Origin: an uncultured Chlamydiae bacterium
GTDB taxonomy: Bacteria > Chlamydiota > Chlamydiia > Chlamydiales > JAJFMA01
NCBI GenBank assembly: GCA_963713615.1
Contig: CAVQMM010000001.1
Location: 1,184,001 to 1,248,000 of the forward strand
Direction: 5' to 3'
Length of the DNA stretch: 64,000 nt
Positions 19,350-30,085 of this stretch are shown here, in pieces (position 1 is the stretch's first letter; each line of letters opens with the position of its first letter). The notes below the pieces were generated by a model. It was not told the DNA's origin. It did no database searches and worked only from the letters and a program-made list of their open reading frames with translations. Made by a program: the position numbers and the translations under genes.

Positions 19350-19507
19350 GCTTGGAGATTTCCCATGTTACATAAAGGTATGCATTGTGACACACTTGCG
19401 CTTTTCCTGCGACTTACTATACAAAAATATTTATATATATGGTGCAGTGCATTTGGGCGAACTTCTAGTTTTCCGCCTGGGTGTTGTAAATAATCAGTGA
19501 GGGTTGC

Positions 19508-20554
19508 GTGGTCGGACTTGATCGATTTTTACGTTTTCCAGTGGTTTTTGCCACGGTGGTGCTGATATTTTTTGTCCTTTCGGTGTGGCAAAATCTATTA
19601 ATTCCCCTGGTTATAGCTATAGTCCTTTGGTACCTCATCATTACATTAGCTAATGCCGTAAGCAAAGTCCCTTTCATAGGACCCAGGTTGCCTAAGATAT
19701 TTTGCTTTTTGGGGGCCTTCGCCTTATGTTTTGGTGCTGCCTGGTTGGTGATCGTGGTCATTCGTTCTAACATCAATAACCTCGTCCAAGTACTTCCAGG
19801 TTATCAAGAACGCCTTACAGGCCTGGCGCATAGTGGATTTCGTCTCGCCGGTTACACACAACCGCCTGATCTATCGGATATCTTCGGTCGTTTAGATCTG
19901 GTAACTCTAGCGACTGGCTTGGCAACATTAGCGCGTACCGTCGCACAAAATGCCGGTGTCATCGTTATCTATGTGATCTTTCTTCTTCTGGAATATCATT
20001 CGTTCGACATGAAACTGGCGGCCTTGATCCCTAATCCGGAAAAGCTCTCATCGGCGAGGGAGCTAGTACAAAAAATCGCCTCTCAAATTCAAACCTATGT
20101 GCGCCTAAAAACCCTAACAAGCTTATTAACGGCTACGAGTAGCTACATTGTCTTGGCCCTAGTTGGTGTTGACTTTGCGGACTTCTGGGCCTTGCTAATC
20201 TTTGTCCTAAACTACATCCCTACTATCGGATCAATTATCGCCACGACCTTTCCCTGTATTCTCACTCTATTACAGTTTCCTTCCTTCACACCGTTCATTA
20301 TCGTCACCTCATCACTGTGTGCCCTGCAATTCTATATAGGAAATATCTTGGAACCGCGCTGGATGGGCGCCACCTTTAACCTAAGCGGTCTGGTGATTAT
20401 CTTGTCGCTTGCAGTATGGGGACAGGTCTGGGGCGTGGTAGGAATGTTTCTCTGCGTACCTATCATGGTGATAACGAACATCATCTTTGCTAACTTCGAA
20501 GCCACTCGTCCGATAGCAGTGCTGTTATCCCGCGAAGGCTATGTCAGGGAATAA
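19508..20554 (+). CDS. AI-2E family transporter
   Basis: LNYIPTIGS, GNILEP and WGVVGMFLCVP. Confidence 0.92.
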   Translation: MVGLDRFLRFPVVFATVVLIFFVLSVWQNLLIPLVIAIVLWYLIITLANAVSKVPFIGPRLPKIFCFLGAFALCFGAAWLVIVVIRSNINNLVQVLPGYQERLTGLAHSGFRLAGYTQPPDLSDIFGRLDLVTLATGLATLARTVAQNAGVIVIYVIFLLLEYHSFDMKLAALIPNPEKLSSARELVQKIASQIQTYVRLKTLTSLLTATSSYIVLALVGVDFADFWALLIFVLNYIPTIGSIIATTFPCILTLLQFPSFTPFIIVTSSLCALQFYIGNILEPRWMGATFNLSGLVIILSLAVWGQVWGVVGMFLCVPIMVITNIIFANFEATRPIAVLLSREGYVRE

Positions 20555-21962
20555 CGCGCCCGATGAGGTCATAGCCCGCACAGTCCGTGATTTCTACGTT
20601 ATACCACTCTCCAAAAGCGGTGACATGACGTATATCGTTGATGATCACTTCACCGTCAATCTCGGGGCACTGCCCGCGATGACGTCCACGCATAAGGAGC
20701 TTAGATTCGGGATGGTAACCTTCGATAATGACCTGAAGAACACGTCCGATCATTTTACGATTCAACTGGTCAACAACCTTTTGCTGTATCTTGGCTAGGT
20801 GACGCTGTCTCTTGCCCTTCACAGAATCAGAAACAGGATCGGGCAAGGTGATGGCATGGCTGCCTGGCTCTGGAGAAAAGGCGAAGATACCCACGTTATC
20901 CAGAGGACATTCTTGCACAAACTCGACCAACTCTTCAAATTGCTCTTTGGTCTCGCCAGGGAATCCGACAATTAAGCTCGTGCGAATGGCGATATCGGGA
21001 ATTTCGCGTCGCAAGGTTTGAATACTTCGAGTGATATCTTCCTTCGAAGTGGTGCGGCGCATGCTCTTTAGGATGTCGTTATTAACGTGCTGAATGGGCA
21101 TATCGAGATAAGGACAGATCCGTCCATCACTCTTGATGAGCTGGATGAGCTCATCATTAATTTCATCTGGATACAGGTATAGCAAGCGCAGCCAAAAGTC
21201 ACCCGGTTCTTTTAGAATTTCCTTTAATAGGAATATCAATCCATCAACCTTACGGTACCCGCGCTCTTTGCCCCAGTCTCCCAGGTCCTGAGCGATTAGG
21301 ATGATCTCTTTAACGCCTTGTCCACGAAGAACTCTAAATTCTTTAATGACCTGCTCGACAGGCTTGCTTTTCAAGGGGCCCTTGATGTCAGGAATGATAC
21401 AGTAGGAGCAGCGTTTACGACACCCTTCGGCGATTTTCAGGTAAGCATAGTGAGGCGGTGTAGAAAGCTGCCGCGGAACCTCCCCAGCCTCTAGGTAACT
21501 GCGTGCGGAAGTAATCTGCTGCCCTTTCTCCGGTGCCGTTACAGCACGGAGAATGCCTTCAACATCTCCCGAACCCAACAAAAAATCCACATTAGGATGC
21601 GCTTTCTGAATTTCAGCGCTGTGCGTTTGAACCATACAGCCAGTGACGATAACCTTGGCGCCATCTTTACGCGATGTCAGGGCCTCGCCTACAGTGTCTA
21701 CCGATTCTTGTCTAGACGCCTCTAGGAAGCCACAGGTATTAATAATGACGTAGTCTGCTTCGGGAAGCTCCGGACTAACTTCATATCCGGCTTTTAGTAG
21801 AATGCCCAACATCACCTCGGTATCCACCCGATTTCTGGGGCAGCCAAGACTGATGAAAAATAGCTTGTTCCCTCCCAATCGAAAATTAGGCGGCTGTCCC
21901 TCTGATGTCGTAACAGGGGATTCGGGCGGGGTCTCGCGTTTTTCGCGGTACATCGGAAGCAT
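20544..21962 (-). CDS. rimO: Ribosomal protein S12 methylthiotransferase
   Basis: SLGCPRNRVD, INTCGF, radical-SAM motif KIAEGCRKRCSYC, TRAM domain with PEIDG. Confidence 0.95.
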   Translation of the reverse strand: MLPMYREKRETPPESPVTTSEGQPPNFRLGGNKLFFISLGCPRNRVDTEVMLGILLKAGYEVSPELPEADYVIINTCGFLEASRQESVDTVGEALTSRKDGAKVIVTGCMVQTHSAEIQKAHPNVDFLLGSGDVEGILRAVTAPEKGQQITSARSYLEAGEVPRQLSTPPHYAYLKIAEGCRKRCSYCIIPDIKGPLKSKPVEQVIKEFRVLRGQGVKEIILIAQDLGDWGKERGYRKVDGLIFLLKEILKEPGDFWLRLLYLYPDEINDELIQLIKSDGRICPYLDMPIQHVNNDILKSMRRTTSKEDITRSIQTLRREIPDIAIRTSLIVGFPGETKEQFEELVEFVQECPLDNVGIFAFSPEPGSHAITLPDPVSDSVKGKRQRHLAKIQQKVVDQLNRKMIGRVLQVIIEGYHPESKLLMRGRHRGQCPEIDGEVIINDIRHVTAFGEWYNVEITDCAGYDLIGRVIP

Positions 21963-22070
21963 AATACACCTAATGCGAAGAGATTGTATGAGTTAAAAAT
22001 GTACACCTTGGTGCAATAAAAATCTAGTAGAGAGAAAAAGGAGCAGCAGCTCCCTCAAATAAATATTTTT

Positions 22071-22209
22071 GGCCTTATTCACCTTTGCGGTCAGTTTTCG
22101 GTCGACTGCAAAAGGATCGTCTGTCGCTGGCGCTATGCCCTCGTCACAAACCACGACATCCGACCTTTTTCGTCCGACCGAAATTCTGACCGTAAAGGTG
22201 AACAAGGCC
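22071..22209. mobile_element. 139-bp copy of the 16943 MITE, in opposite orientation and with a 21-bp internal deletion
   Basis: Same TIRs; 8-bp duplication ATATTTTT at 22063-22070 and 22210-22217. Confidence 0.88.
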
Positions 22210-22659
22210 ATATTTTTAAGCACCTTTCAAGGGCGCGCTAGGAGTATAAAAAATCGAGAAAAGCAATCACCTTCGACTAGGTAGCTTCGATTACCTTTGA
22301 TCGCTTATCTGTCTAAAAACTTGTAATCTTCTATTACCTTTCCTCTTTGTACGAGAGAAAACAGATCTGTAAAAGCTGAGCGCAGTGATTGGGGATCTAT
22401 GCCATCGAAATCGAGAATTTAGTGATCCTGCATATCATGCCGCGAAGCGATCCTGTACATCCTGTTAAAGTCCATTTTTTCACCGCCTCGGCGGTGAAAA
22501 TTCCTAGTGCTCTTAGCTTAACGCATATGTGTGCGTGCCCGAGCCCGAAAAACCGAATCCACGTGTGGTCTAGACTTGCGCAAGTGTCGCTTAGTCTGCT
22601 AGTGTGCATTCCTCTCTTTCGTCTTTCAATAACGTTGTAAGCATGCGGTAGATTTCAGC

Positions 22660-23742
22660 ATGGACGAATCTCAGGCAACCTCTTCACGCATCCCTTATCC
22701 AGTGGCCAGCACAATGGCCATTGAGGCTGCAAATACTTCGGGCTGTGTAGATCCGATACTCATTCGAGAGCTGCTGAATGCGAGAGGGCCTGAGGCAGTT
22801 ATCGAACAGCATGAGCATCTTGGGATGCAGCTAAGGTTCCTCAATCTAAACGGATGCTGGGGCCTGTCTCCGTACAGATTACATGAAATTCTGCAAAACT
22901 GCCCCGAAATCGAAAGAATAGATCTTTGTAATTGTAGAGATGATGAAGACCTGCCCTACAAGTTTTATAGATGTGGCGAATGTATACCTCTAATCGCTCT
23001 ATTGCCCCAGGACAATAAGATCACATGCATTGATACGGACGATTTTCATGTCCAGAGTACTTTGGAGCCCATCCGTTGTAGCATTTGGTATCGCGTTGTC
23101 AAGGAGTTGGATGACTCGTCTAGTTGGAGCATGCTAGAACTTGCCCCAAGACGGCCGGGGCAACGACCTGTGATTTCGCCTGTACATTATTCCTCGACGC
23201 ATATTTTCGAGCAGATCATAAAAACGCCCTCATTTCATCACCTAAGAATACTGTCTCTAAGCAACCTATCATCGACTCACCTAGCGGCATTGACGCAGAC
23301 TCCTCTTCTTCGTTTGGAAGAATTAAGTCTAGGAAACTGCAGAAGGATCAATGAGTATGGTGTCATCACTCTCATTGGCTGGCGAACCCTAGATCAGCTT
23401 CATTCACTAACCTTGCGGCAATTTCCGTCTCTTAAACTGGCGCATTGGAGGGCTTTGGTGACCTTCAGAGACCTCTCACATCTACGCATTCTAAGGCTAA
23501 TCGATTGTGAATTTTTACCCGTCACTGCTACCATAGCGCCACTATCACGTAGTACCCTGTTGGAAGAACTTGACATGAGCCGAAATAGCGAGAGACTACG
23601 TCCAAGAACCTCTTGGGCCGGTTATACCTGCCCAACGTTTCCTCATCTAAAGCAACTCATTCTTCAAAATCAGCCTCGCATCCCCATTTCCGAGGAAAAA
23701 TTTCCAGCACTAGAGATGTTTAGATATACCACAGACGGTTAG
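22660..23742 (+). CDS. Leucine-rich-repeat protein (eukaryote-like, candidate effector)
   Basis: Repeats LRFLNLNGC, IERIDLCNC, LRILSLSN, LEELSLGNC, LRILRLIDC and LEELDMSRN. Confidence 0.75.
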   Translation: MDESQATSSRIPYPVASTMAIEAANTSGCVDPILIRELLNARGPEAVIEQHEHLGMQLRFLNLNGCWGLSPYRLHEILQNCPEIERIDLCNCRDDEDLPYKFYRCGECIPLIALLPQDNKITCIDTDDFHVQSTLEPIRCSIWYRVVKELDDSSSWSMLELAPRRPGQRPVISPVHYSSTHIFEQIIKTPSFHHLRILSLSNLSSTHLAALTQTPLLRLEELSLGNCRRINEYGVITLIGWRTLDQLHSLTLRQFPSLKLAHWRALVTFRDLSHLRILRLIDCEFLPVTATIAPLSRSTLLEELDMSRNSERLRPRTSWAGYTCPTFPHLKQLILQNQPRIPISEEKFPALEMFRYTTDG

Positions 23743-23754
23743 ATTTGACGCATA

Positions 23755-24291
23755 TTAGGACATGGAGGCAAAGGCGCAAACTGCATCAGTAATGGCGTCG
23801 AGCGTAAGATCGCGGGTATCTACGATAGCATCAGCGACACGTTCGTAGATAGATACGCGCTCTTCATACATTGCCTCGAATGAACCGTTTGGATCTGCAA
23901 TGTCTAAAAATGCAGGTAGGGGCTTTTGATCTACAGTGCGTTTGCGCAAAACCTCTTTGTCTGCTTTTAAATAGATCAGAAAGCCATTTTTTTTGAGCTC
24001 CTGGTGATTATAATAATCGAGGACAGCACCACCACCTGTAGCCACCACACCTTGCTTCACAAGACGCAGTTTACGAATGGCATCTCGTTCTAGAGCTCTA
24101 AAGAACTCTTCACCATGGTTGCGATAGATATCTTTGGCAGAAAGCTGTCGAGGACGGCCCAGCAGAGGATTGTGATAGAGATCTTCGATAACAGAATCAA
24201 TATCGATAAAAGTCTTATGCAACTTGACAGCTACGAGACGCCCGACAGTAGATTTGCCGCAGGATTTAAAGCCGAATAGTACGATATTCAT
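23755..24291 (-). CDS. aroK: Shikimate kinase
   Basis: GFKSCGKST P-loop, GEEFFRALE and ATGGG. Confidence 0.93.
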   Translation of the reverse strand: MNIVLFGFKSCGKSTVGRLVAVKLHKTFIDIDSVIEDLYHNPLLGRPRQLSAKDIYRNHGEEFFRALERDAIRKLRLVKQGVVATGGGAVLDYYNHQELKKNGFLIYLKADKEVLRKRTVDQKPLPAFLDIADPNGSFEAMYEERVSIYERVADAIVDTRDLTLDAITDAVCAFASMS

Positions 24292-25799
24292 AAGGGGTCA
24301 TCCATAAAATGTCTAGCATGTGATACGGCTTTGCCAATAGTTTCAGTCGATAGGTTAGGAAACCAGAGTAGAAGCTGACGTTGTGCAAGACCGAGCCACA
24401 TTTCTACTCCTGAAACCGTAATGCATCCTTTTGCCTGAGCATCTCGTAACAAACGTGTCATTGTCGGTACTGCAATAACATCAAAGACCAGGGTTTGGGG
24501 GTGTAGATATTCTGCATTTACTAATGTGTCATCCTCCCTTGGATGCATTCCTACCGCCGTAGATTGTATGAGAACAGCAGGAGCGCTTTGAAGCAAGTCG
24601 GGAAGACGTTCTATAGGTTTCGCATGCACCCCAAACTGCTCGGCCAACACTTCTGCCCTTGCAATTGACCGATTAACGATGGTTACATGGGCTCCACGGG
24701 TTTTAGCCTCGTGAATAATGGCCTTAGCGGCTCCTCCAGCCCCTAATACCACGACTCTTTGATCATACACACCCTGAGGAAGCTTTGCCTCAATAGCATC
24801 CAAAGCCCCAAGACCATCGACGTTGTAGCCTACGAACCTATTGTCTTCACGAACGATCGTATTGACAGCCCCGATCTGCTTTGCTGCTGGGTCTATAGCA
24901 TCTAGATGGGACATAACGGATTCCTTGAGAGGCATAGTAACAGCAAACCCCTTCCACCCAAACGCCTTAGTCAGCTCAAAAAATTGCGCTAGCTCACTCT
25001 CTAGAACGGGCATTTTCACAAAGACTGCTGGTAAACCAAGTTGGTCAAATACCGCATTGTGGACGAGATACCCTCTGCTGCTATCCACAGGATTACCTAT
25101 AAGGCCTAATGGATACGTTAAGCCATTATGTCGAGGCAGACGATAGATATCACGTAAGGTGGTGGCTGCAATCTGTCCAGGAGCTGTCTCATGAGTGGCA
25201 TCTAGGCTTGCAAAGGTTATCGGAGAATCTGCGAGAGGAGCTAAAATGCGCGTGATGGTCCCAAGGGGTCCCATGCAGATCCCACAAAGACGCCCTCCAA
25301 GCCGATTAATCGCACGGGTAAACGCTAGCATGCGTAAGGCGTCATTTGTCGATTGAGCTGTACTGGCAATCTTGTAGTAGTGTGCAGGAAGCTGCTGCAT
25401 ACGATGCAGTAATTCCTCTAACTCTTTTGGGGTATGCGTAAGGTCGTGGTGCGAAATAACAAGATTTGAGTGTGGTAGAAGGCGCTTAAGATCCAATACC
25501 TCACTGCGAGGCATGCCCAATTCAATATCCAACAGCTCGGGTTGAAGCTCACAAAGATGCCGTAGATAAGTAGCACAAGCGGCCTCATCACCTACGAAGC
25601 GTCCCCCTTGCTTGCTGCTACGAAGAGTCACCAACACTGGCAGTGAGTACTGATGTTTGAGGGCCACTAATTCAGCAATAGGGATTTGATCAAAGAGATC
25701 GACACGAAACTCTACCATCCCACCGATATTCGAGGCTTGAGCTAATTGGGTCTTCACAGATTCAAGATCCGGACCAGTAATAGGAATACATAAAAGCAT
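24288..25799 (-). CDS. aroDE: Fused 3-dehydroquinate dehydratase/shikimate dehydrogenase
   Basis: VEFRVD, SHH and APGQI (type I DHQase), then VTMPLK, GAVNT and GAGGAA (SDH). Confidence 0.95.
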   Translation of the reverse strand: MLLCIPITGPDLESVKTQLAQASNIGGMVEFRVDLFDQIPIAELVALKHQYSLPVLVTLRSSKQGGRFVGDEAACATYLRHLCELQPELLDIELGMPRSEVLDLKRLLPHSNLVISHHDLTHTPKELEELLHRMQQLPAHYYKIASTAQSTNDALRMLAFTRAINRLGGRLCGICMGPLGTITRILAPLADSPITFASLDATHETAPGQIAATTLRDIYRLPRHNGLTYPLGLIGNPVDSSRGYLVHNAVFDQLGLPAVFVKMPVLESELAQFFELTKAFGWKGFAVTMPLKESVMSHLDAIDPAAKQIGAVNTIVREDNRFVGYNVDGLGALDAIEAKLPQGVYDQRVVVLGAGGAAKAIIHEAKTRGAHVTIVNRSIARAEVLAEQFGVHAKPIERLPDLLQSAPAVLIQSTAVGMHPREDDTLVNAEYLHPQTLVFDVIAVPTMTRLLRDAQAKGCITVSGVEMWLGLAQRQLLLWFPNLSTETIGKAVSHARHFMDDPL

Positions 25800-25917
25800 G
25801 ATCTACAAACGACCGTAATGGGTTGCTAACAGCTATACCACGCGTAGTGAGAGTTGGCTCATTCGACCGCGCCTAACCGCACGTAGTATAATACATTAGA
25901 CTAGCACAGTGATTATT

Positions 25918-26523
25918 TTACGGCACGGGAGCTTTGCCAGGAGCTAGTTGAAATGACTCCACAAAATGATCGAATTCCTTGCGGTCATAATGGTTTCTTG
26001 GCGCCACATACATTAGAAGATATAGTGTTTTTCCATCTAGGAAGGCCTTACCTTCAATTTGAGCTTTGGGGTGCTCAATGGTGACATCCATGGCATCATG
26101 ACCAAGGAATTTGCTCTTAGTAGCTGAAATTAATTTATTGTCAACTTGTGAGTTAACCATATCGTCGCGAACCTCTTCAAGCACGGCATCTACGCCAAAA
26201 TCTCCTTGATGCTCTGAACTGATCTTACTGATCACAAAGACGGTACCATCATTTTTTTCGGCGGCATACATATCATATTTGCGGTCTTCGCCAGTATGCT
26301 CATCTTTGCGATGATTTTCGGCACGTTGTGGAAGGACTGGTAAGCTCACAGCAAAAGAACCGTCTTCAGCAGTAAACGGACGCCATAGGCTATAACCTTC
26401 AGACTCGGGTGGATGGTTTAAGTCTCCAGGAAGAACCTTATAGGTTGTTTGATAGTTGGCAATAATGAGATAACCGGCAGCCGCCAGCATCACAAAAATG
26501 AGGATAATCAGTGCCCGAGTCAT
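25918..26523 (-). CDS. Membrane-anchored hypothetical protein (possible PsbP/Mog1p-like fold)
   Basis: N-terminal transmembrane segment; DGSFAVSLP ... FDHFVESFQL. Confidence 0.55.
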   Translation of the reverse strand: MTRALIILIFVMLAAAGYLIIANYQTTYKVLPGDLNHPPESEGYSLWRPFTAEDGSFAVSLPVLPQRAENHRKDEHTGEDRKYDMYAAEKNDGTVFVISKISSEHQGDFGVDAVLEEVRDDMVNSQVDNKLISATKSKFLGHDAMDVTIEHPKAQIEGKAFLDGKTLYLLMYVAPRNHYDRKEFDHFVESFQLAPGKAPVP

Positions 26524-26861
26524 GGGTGATCCTTTGTAAAAGAGTGTCTTTAAATTGCCACCATATGAGAAGGCGAGTTTTGTGGATATCAAAAAAAAAT
26601 ATAATTCCCAATAACTCCTTGCCCCGTCGTCAATAGGAGTGTGCATCCGTGTTACGGATTTAGGAGGATTAGGATGGAAAAAACTAGATCACCATTCTAA
26701 ACGGTAAAAATGGTTTTGGGGATAATTTGAGTTCAATTTCCATTCCTAATCCTATCCTCCTAAATCCTCCTGAATCCGTGTTACTCCTGAAAACGGCGCG
26801 AATCGTTGGTTTGCGTTAAAAGATGACGTCCTGTTTACTGTTTGCTTCACTGGAGGTGACC

Positions 26862-28388
26862 ATGGGGCGATTAGCCTTATTATTTTGTGCCCTACTTGTA
26901 TGTGGTTGCCAAAAGGAGGTGAAAGCGCCTCAGAAGAGCCTACGCGTGGCGGCCACTAGCGGTCCACAATCGCTAGATCCTCGCTCTGCCCGTACCCTCG
27001 TCGATGCTACGGTGTTGAACATGTTGTATGAGGGCCTTTTTTGTTATACCCCATCAGGAGCCCTCGTTCCAGGGGTAGCCACAGATGTCACTATTTCGCC
27101 CGATCTGACAACCTACACCTTTCATCTTCGCAATTCCCACTGGTCCAATGGCGACCCTGTTGTCGCTCAGGACTTCATTACCTGTTGGAAGAACCAGCTA
27201 CAACCGGGAATTCCAGCTCCCAATGCCTTCCTATTCTATGACATTAAAAATGCTCGTGCTGCCAAAGCAGGGATGGCCCCAATAAGCTCTATCGGAATAC
27301 ACGCTCCTGATGAACAAACTTTAGTGGTTCAGCTCGAACAACCCACTCCTTACTTTCTAGAACTCACGGCCTTCTATGCATTCTTCCCTGTCAATCCACA
27401 TGCAGAAGAGGAGCGGCTTCCGGCCAATGGTCCGTTTCACCTCATTCGTTATTCACCAAACAGTGAGCTCATCACGGAGAAAAATCCCTATTATTGGGAT
27501 AGTAGTCATGTCAGCCTAGCCGGCGTTAATATCACCATCATTAATGAGCATACTGCCCTGTCATTGTTTGAGATGGGAGAACTTGATTGGGCAGGGTCAC
27601 CCCTGTCTACGATTCCTAATGATGCCATGCAATCTTTTGCCCAAGACAAGCGACTGACAACTGTTCCAGCTGCTGCGACGCATTGGTTACGCTTTAACAT
27701 CGATCACCCCTCTCTCAATAACGTCAAGCTACGCAAGGCTCTTACCCTTGCACTAAACCGACAAGAACTGATTAGTCATGTCATCCGAGGCAACCAAACA
27801 CCCGCCATGAGTGTTGTCCCTCCTAGCCGCCAGTGGAAAGCTCATGCTTTTTTCAACGATGGTGACATTAAGATGGCCAAGCAGCTTCTTGCCGAGGCCC
27901 TCGATGAGATGCCCCATCAGCCAGTCTTAACGCTCCTATTTGGACCTAATGAACGCGATCGTCAATTGGCGCAAGCCATACAACAGCAATGGTACACCCA
28001 TCTTGGCATTTGGGTAGAATTGCAATCCGTGGAAACCAAACTGTTATTTGAAAAACTCAAAGCCCAGGACTATCATATTGCTAATGGCTCCTGGTTTGCC
28101 GACTTTGACGATCCCCTTAACTTTTTGTCTGTCTTCGAAGCCAAGGATAATGGCACCAATCATACTGGGTGGGAAAATATTAAATATAAAGACTTGCTAC
28201 GGCTGTCGTCGCTAGAGGCTGATCCGGCGCAGCGCCAGCATCTGCTGCACGAGGCGGAGTCCTTATTAATTGCCGATATGCCTGTCACCCCTCTCTTTTT
28301 CTATAGCCTAAATTATTTACAAACATCAGAGGCTCAAGCTGTAGGTGTCACTCCTTTGGGCATACAGATCTTCCATGCCAGAGAATGA
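26862..28388 (+). CDS. oppA: Oligopeptide ABC transporter substrate-binding lipoprotein
   Basis: Lipobox LVCGC; YTFHLR..WSNGDPV.A.DF; GGAGG SD. Confidence 0.93.
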   Translation: MGRLALLFCALLVCGCQKEVKAPQKSLRVAATSGPQSLDPRSARTLVDATVLNMLYEGLFCYTPSGALVPGVATDVTISPDLTTYTFHLRNSHWSNGDPVVAQDFITCWKNQLQPGIPAPNAFLFYDIKNARAAKAGMAPISSIGIHAPDEQTLVVQLEQPTPYFLELTAFYAFFPVNPHAEEERLPANGPFHLIRYSPNSELITEKNPYYWDSSHVSLAGVNITIINEHTALSLFEMGELDWAGSPLSTIPNDAMQSFAQDKRLTTVPAAATHWLRFNIDHPSLNNVKLRKALTLALNRQELISHVIRGNQTPAMSVVPPSRQWKAHAFFNDGDIKMAKQLLAEALDEMPHQPVLTLLFGPNERDRQLAQAIQQQWYTHLGIWVELQSVETKLLFEKLKAQDYHIANGSWFADFDDPLNFLSVFEAKDNGTNHTGWENIKYKDLLRLSSLEADPAQRQHLLHEAESLLIADMPVTPLFFYSLNYLQTSEAQAVGVTPLGIQIFHARE

Positions 28389-28457
28389 CCAACCCGAGCT
28401 TTGCGTCAATTAGCAGGTAAGGTATTATGCACTCCTTTTACCTAAAAGGAGGTCGCC

Positions 28458-30077
28458 ATGCATTCATACCACGTAAATTTTTGGATGCTGATTCTTTTAG
28501 CGGGTGCGCTCCTCGGTTGTCAGAAGAGCGAACTCTCCCCTGAGGAGCGTTGGAAGCAGCAGGTTCTGGCCCTTAATCTTTTTTCTGAACCTCCAACGCT
28601 AGACCCAGGACAAGCTACCGACGCTCCTTCGGTAACTGTCCTTAACATGCTCTTTGAGCCGCTCATGCGAAGGTCGGCTGACAACCTCCCCCAGCCTGCT
28701 GCTGCTGAAAGTGTATCGGTTTCAGAAGATGGCAAAACCTATACCTTTCATCTCCGAAAAAGCTACTGGTCTAATGGTGACCCCGTTACAGCACACGATT
28801 TTATTTATGCGTGGAAGCGAGTACTAAACCCCACATTCCCTGGAGATTACGCCTATCAACTTTATATTATTAAAGGTGCTGAGCAGGCCAAGGAGGGCAA
28901 GGGCTCTTTGGATGATGTGGGCTTACATGCCCCTGATGACTACACTCTTGTTGTAGAGTTAGTAAACCCCACCCCTTATTTCACTGAATTGTTGCAAACT
29001 GCGTGTTACCTACCAATTCATCAAGCTACAGACCAACATAATCCCAAATGGGCTTTAGAAGCGGGTCCAGACTATGTCAGCAATGGCCCGTTCCGCATGG
29101 CTACCTGGACACACAATAATGAACTCGTTGTAGAGCGTAACCCCCTCTACTGGGATGCTACAGCTGTGAAATTAAACAAGATCATCATGTTGATGGTCGA
29201 GGACTCCAATACGGAATTGGCTCTCTTTGAAGATAAGGCAATCGATTGGACCGGCAAGCCCATCTCAATGGGGATTCCAACAGACGCAATCGCCACGCTG
29301 AAAGAAAGTGGACGCATGGAGTTTTATCCCATGGCCGCAGCCTATTTCTATATGTTCAATGTCGACAAATATCCATTTCAAAATGCGAATTTACGCAGGG
29401 CTTTTGCCTATGCTATCGACCGTCAAGCTATTGTAACGAATATTGCTCGTGGCGGAGAAATACCAGCCACCTGCTTCGTAGCGCCGCCTCTTTCTTTGCA
29501 AAAAGGTGAATGTTTTCAGGATAACAACATCGCCGAAGCGCGCCGTCTCTTCAATTTAGGCCTCAAAGAATTAGGCATCACAAAAAAACAACTGCCCCCC
29601 ATTGTCCTTAGCTACAACACAAGCGAAGGACACCACAAAATTGCACAGGCTGTCCAGCAACAGTGGAAAGCGGCTTTTGACATCGATGTCAAGCTGGAAA
29701 ACCTTGAATGGAAAGTTTACCTGGATAAGTTACAACAGGGCGATTTCATGATTGGGCGGATGTCACTGATAGCTGACTATAATGATCCCTATACCTTCTT
29801 GAATTCATACAAGTACAAGAAAGGGCATATGAACTACACGGGTTGGTCAGAGCCCTCATATAGGGCCCTTGTCGATGAAGCCATAAAAACACCAGATAAC
29901 ATTCATCGATTAGAACTGCTTAAGAAGGCCGAACTTGAACTTGTTGATCAAATGCCAGCGATACCAGTCTACTTTTTGACGAATTCCTTCATGCGCAATC
30001 CACTCCTTAAAGGGGTGTATCTATCACCTATTGGTGATGCAGATTTCAAAACTGCCTACTTTGAGACATCTAACTAG
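28458..30077 (+). CDS. oppA: Oligopeptide ABC transporter substrate-binding lipoprotein
   Basis: Lipobox LLGC; WSNGDPVTAHDF; VSNGPF. Confidence 0.95.
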   Translation: MHSYHVNFWMLILLAGALLGCQKSELSPEERWKQQVLALNLFSEPPTLDPGQATDAPSVTVLNMLFEPLMRRSADNLPQPAAAESVSVSEDGKTYTFHLRKSYWSNGDPVTAHDFIYAWKRVLNPTFPGDYAYQLYIIKGAEQAKEGKGSLDDVGLHAPDDYTLVVELVNPTPYFTELLQTACYLPIHQATDQHNPKWALEAGPDYVSNGPFRMATWTHNNELVVERNPLYWDATAVKLNKIIMLMVEDSNTELALFEDKAIDWTGKPISMGIPTDAIATLKESGRMEFYPMAAAYFYMFNVDKYPFQNANLRRAFAYAIDRQAIVTNIARGGEIPATCFVAPPLSLQKGECFQDNNIAEARRLFNLGLKELGITKKQLPPIVLSYNTSEGHHKIAQAVQQQWKAAFDIDVKLENLEWKVYLDKLQQGDFMIGRMSLIADYNDPYTFLNSYKYKKGHMNYTGWSEPSYRALVDEAIKTPDNIHRLELLKKAELELVDQMPAIPVYFLTNSFMRNPLLKGVYLSPIGDADFKTAYFETSN

Positions 30078-30085
30078 GAAGCGCT

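Noticed and set aside
26645..26785. GGATTTAGGAGGAT / ATCCTCCTAAATCC inverted arms
   Set aside because: Probably another degenerate palindromic repeat, with no target duplication or clear second copy to define it
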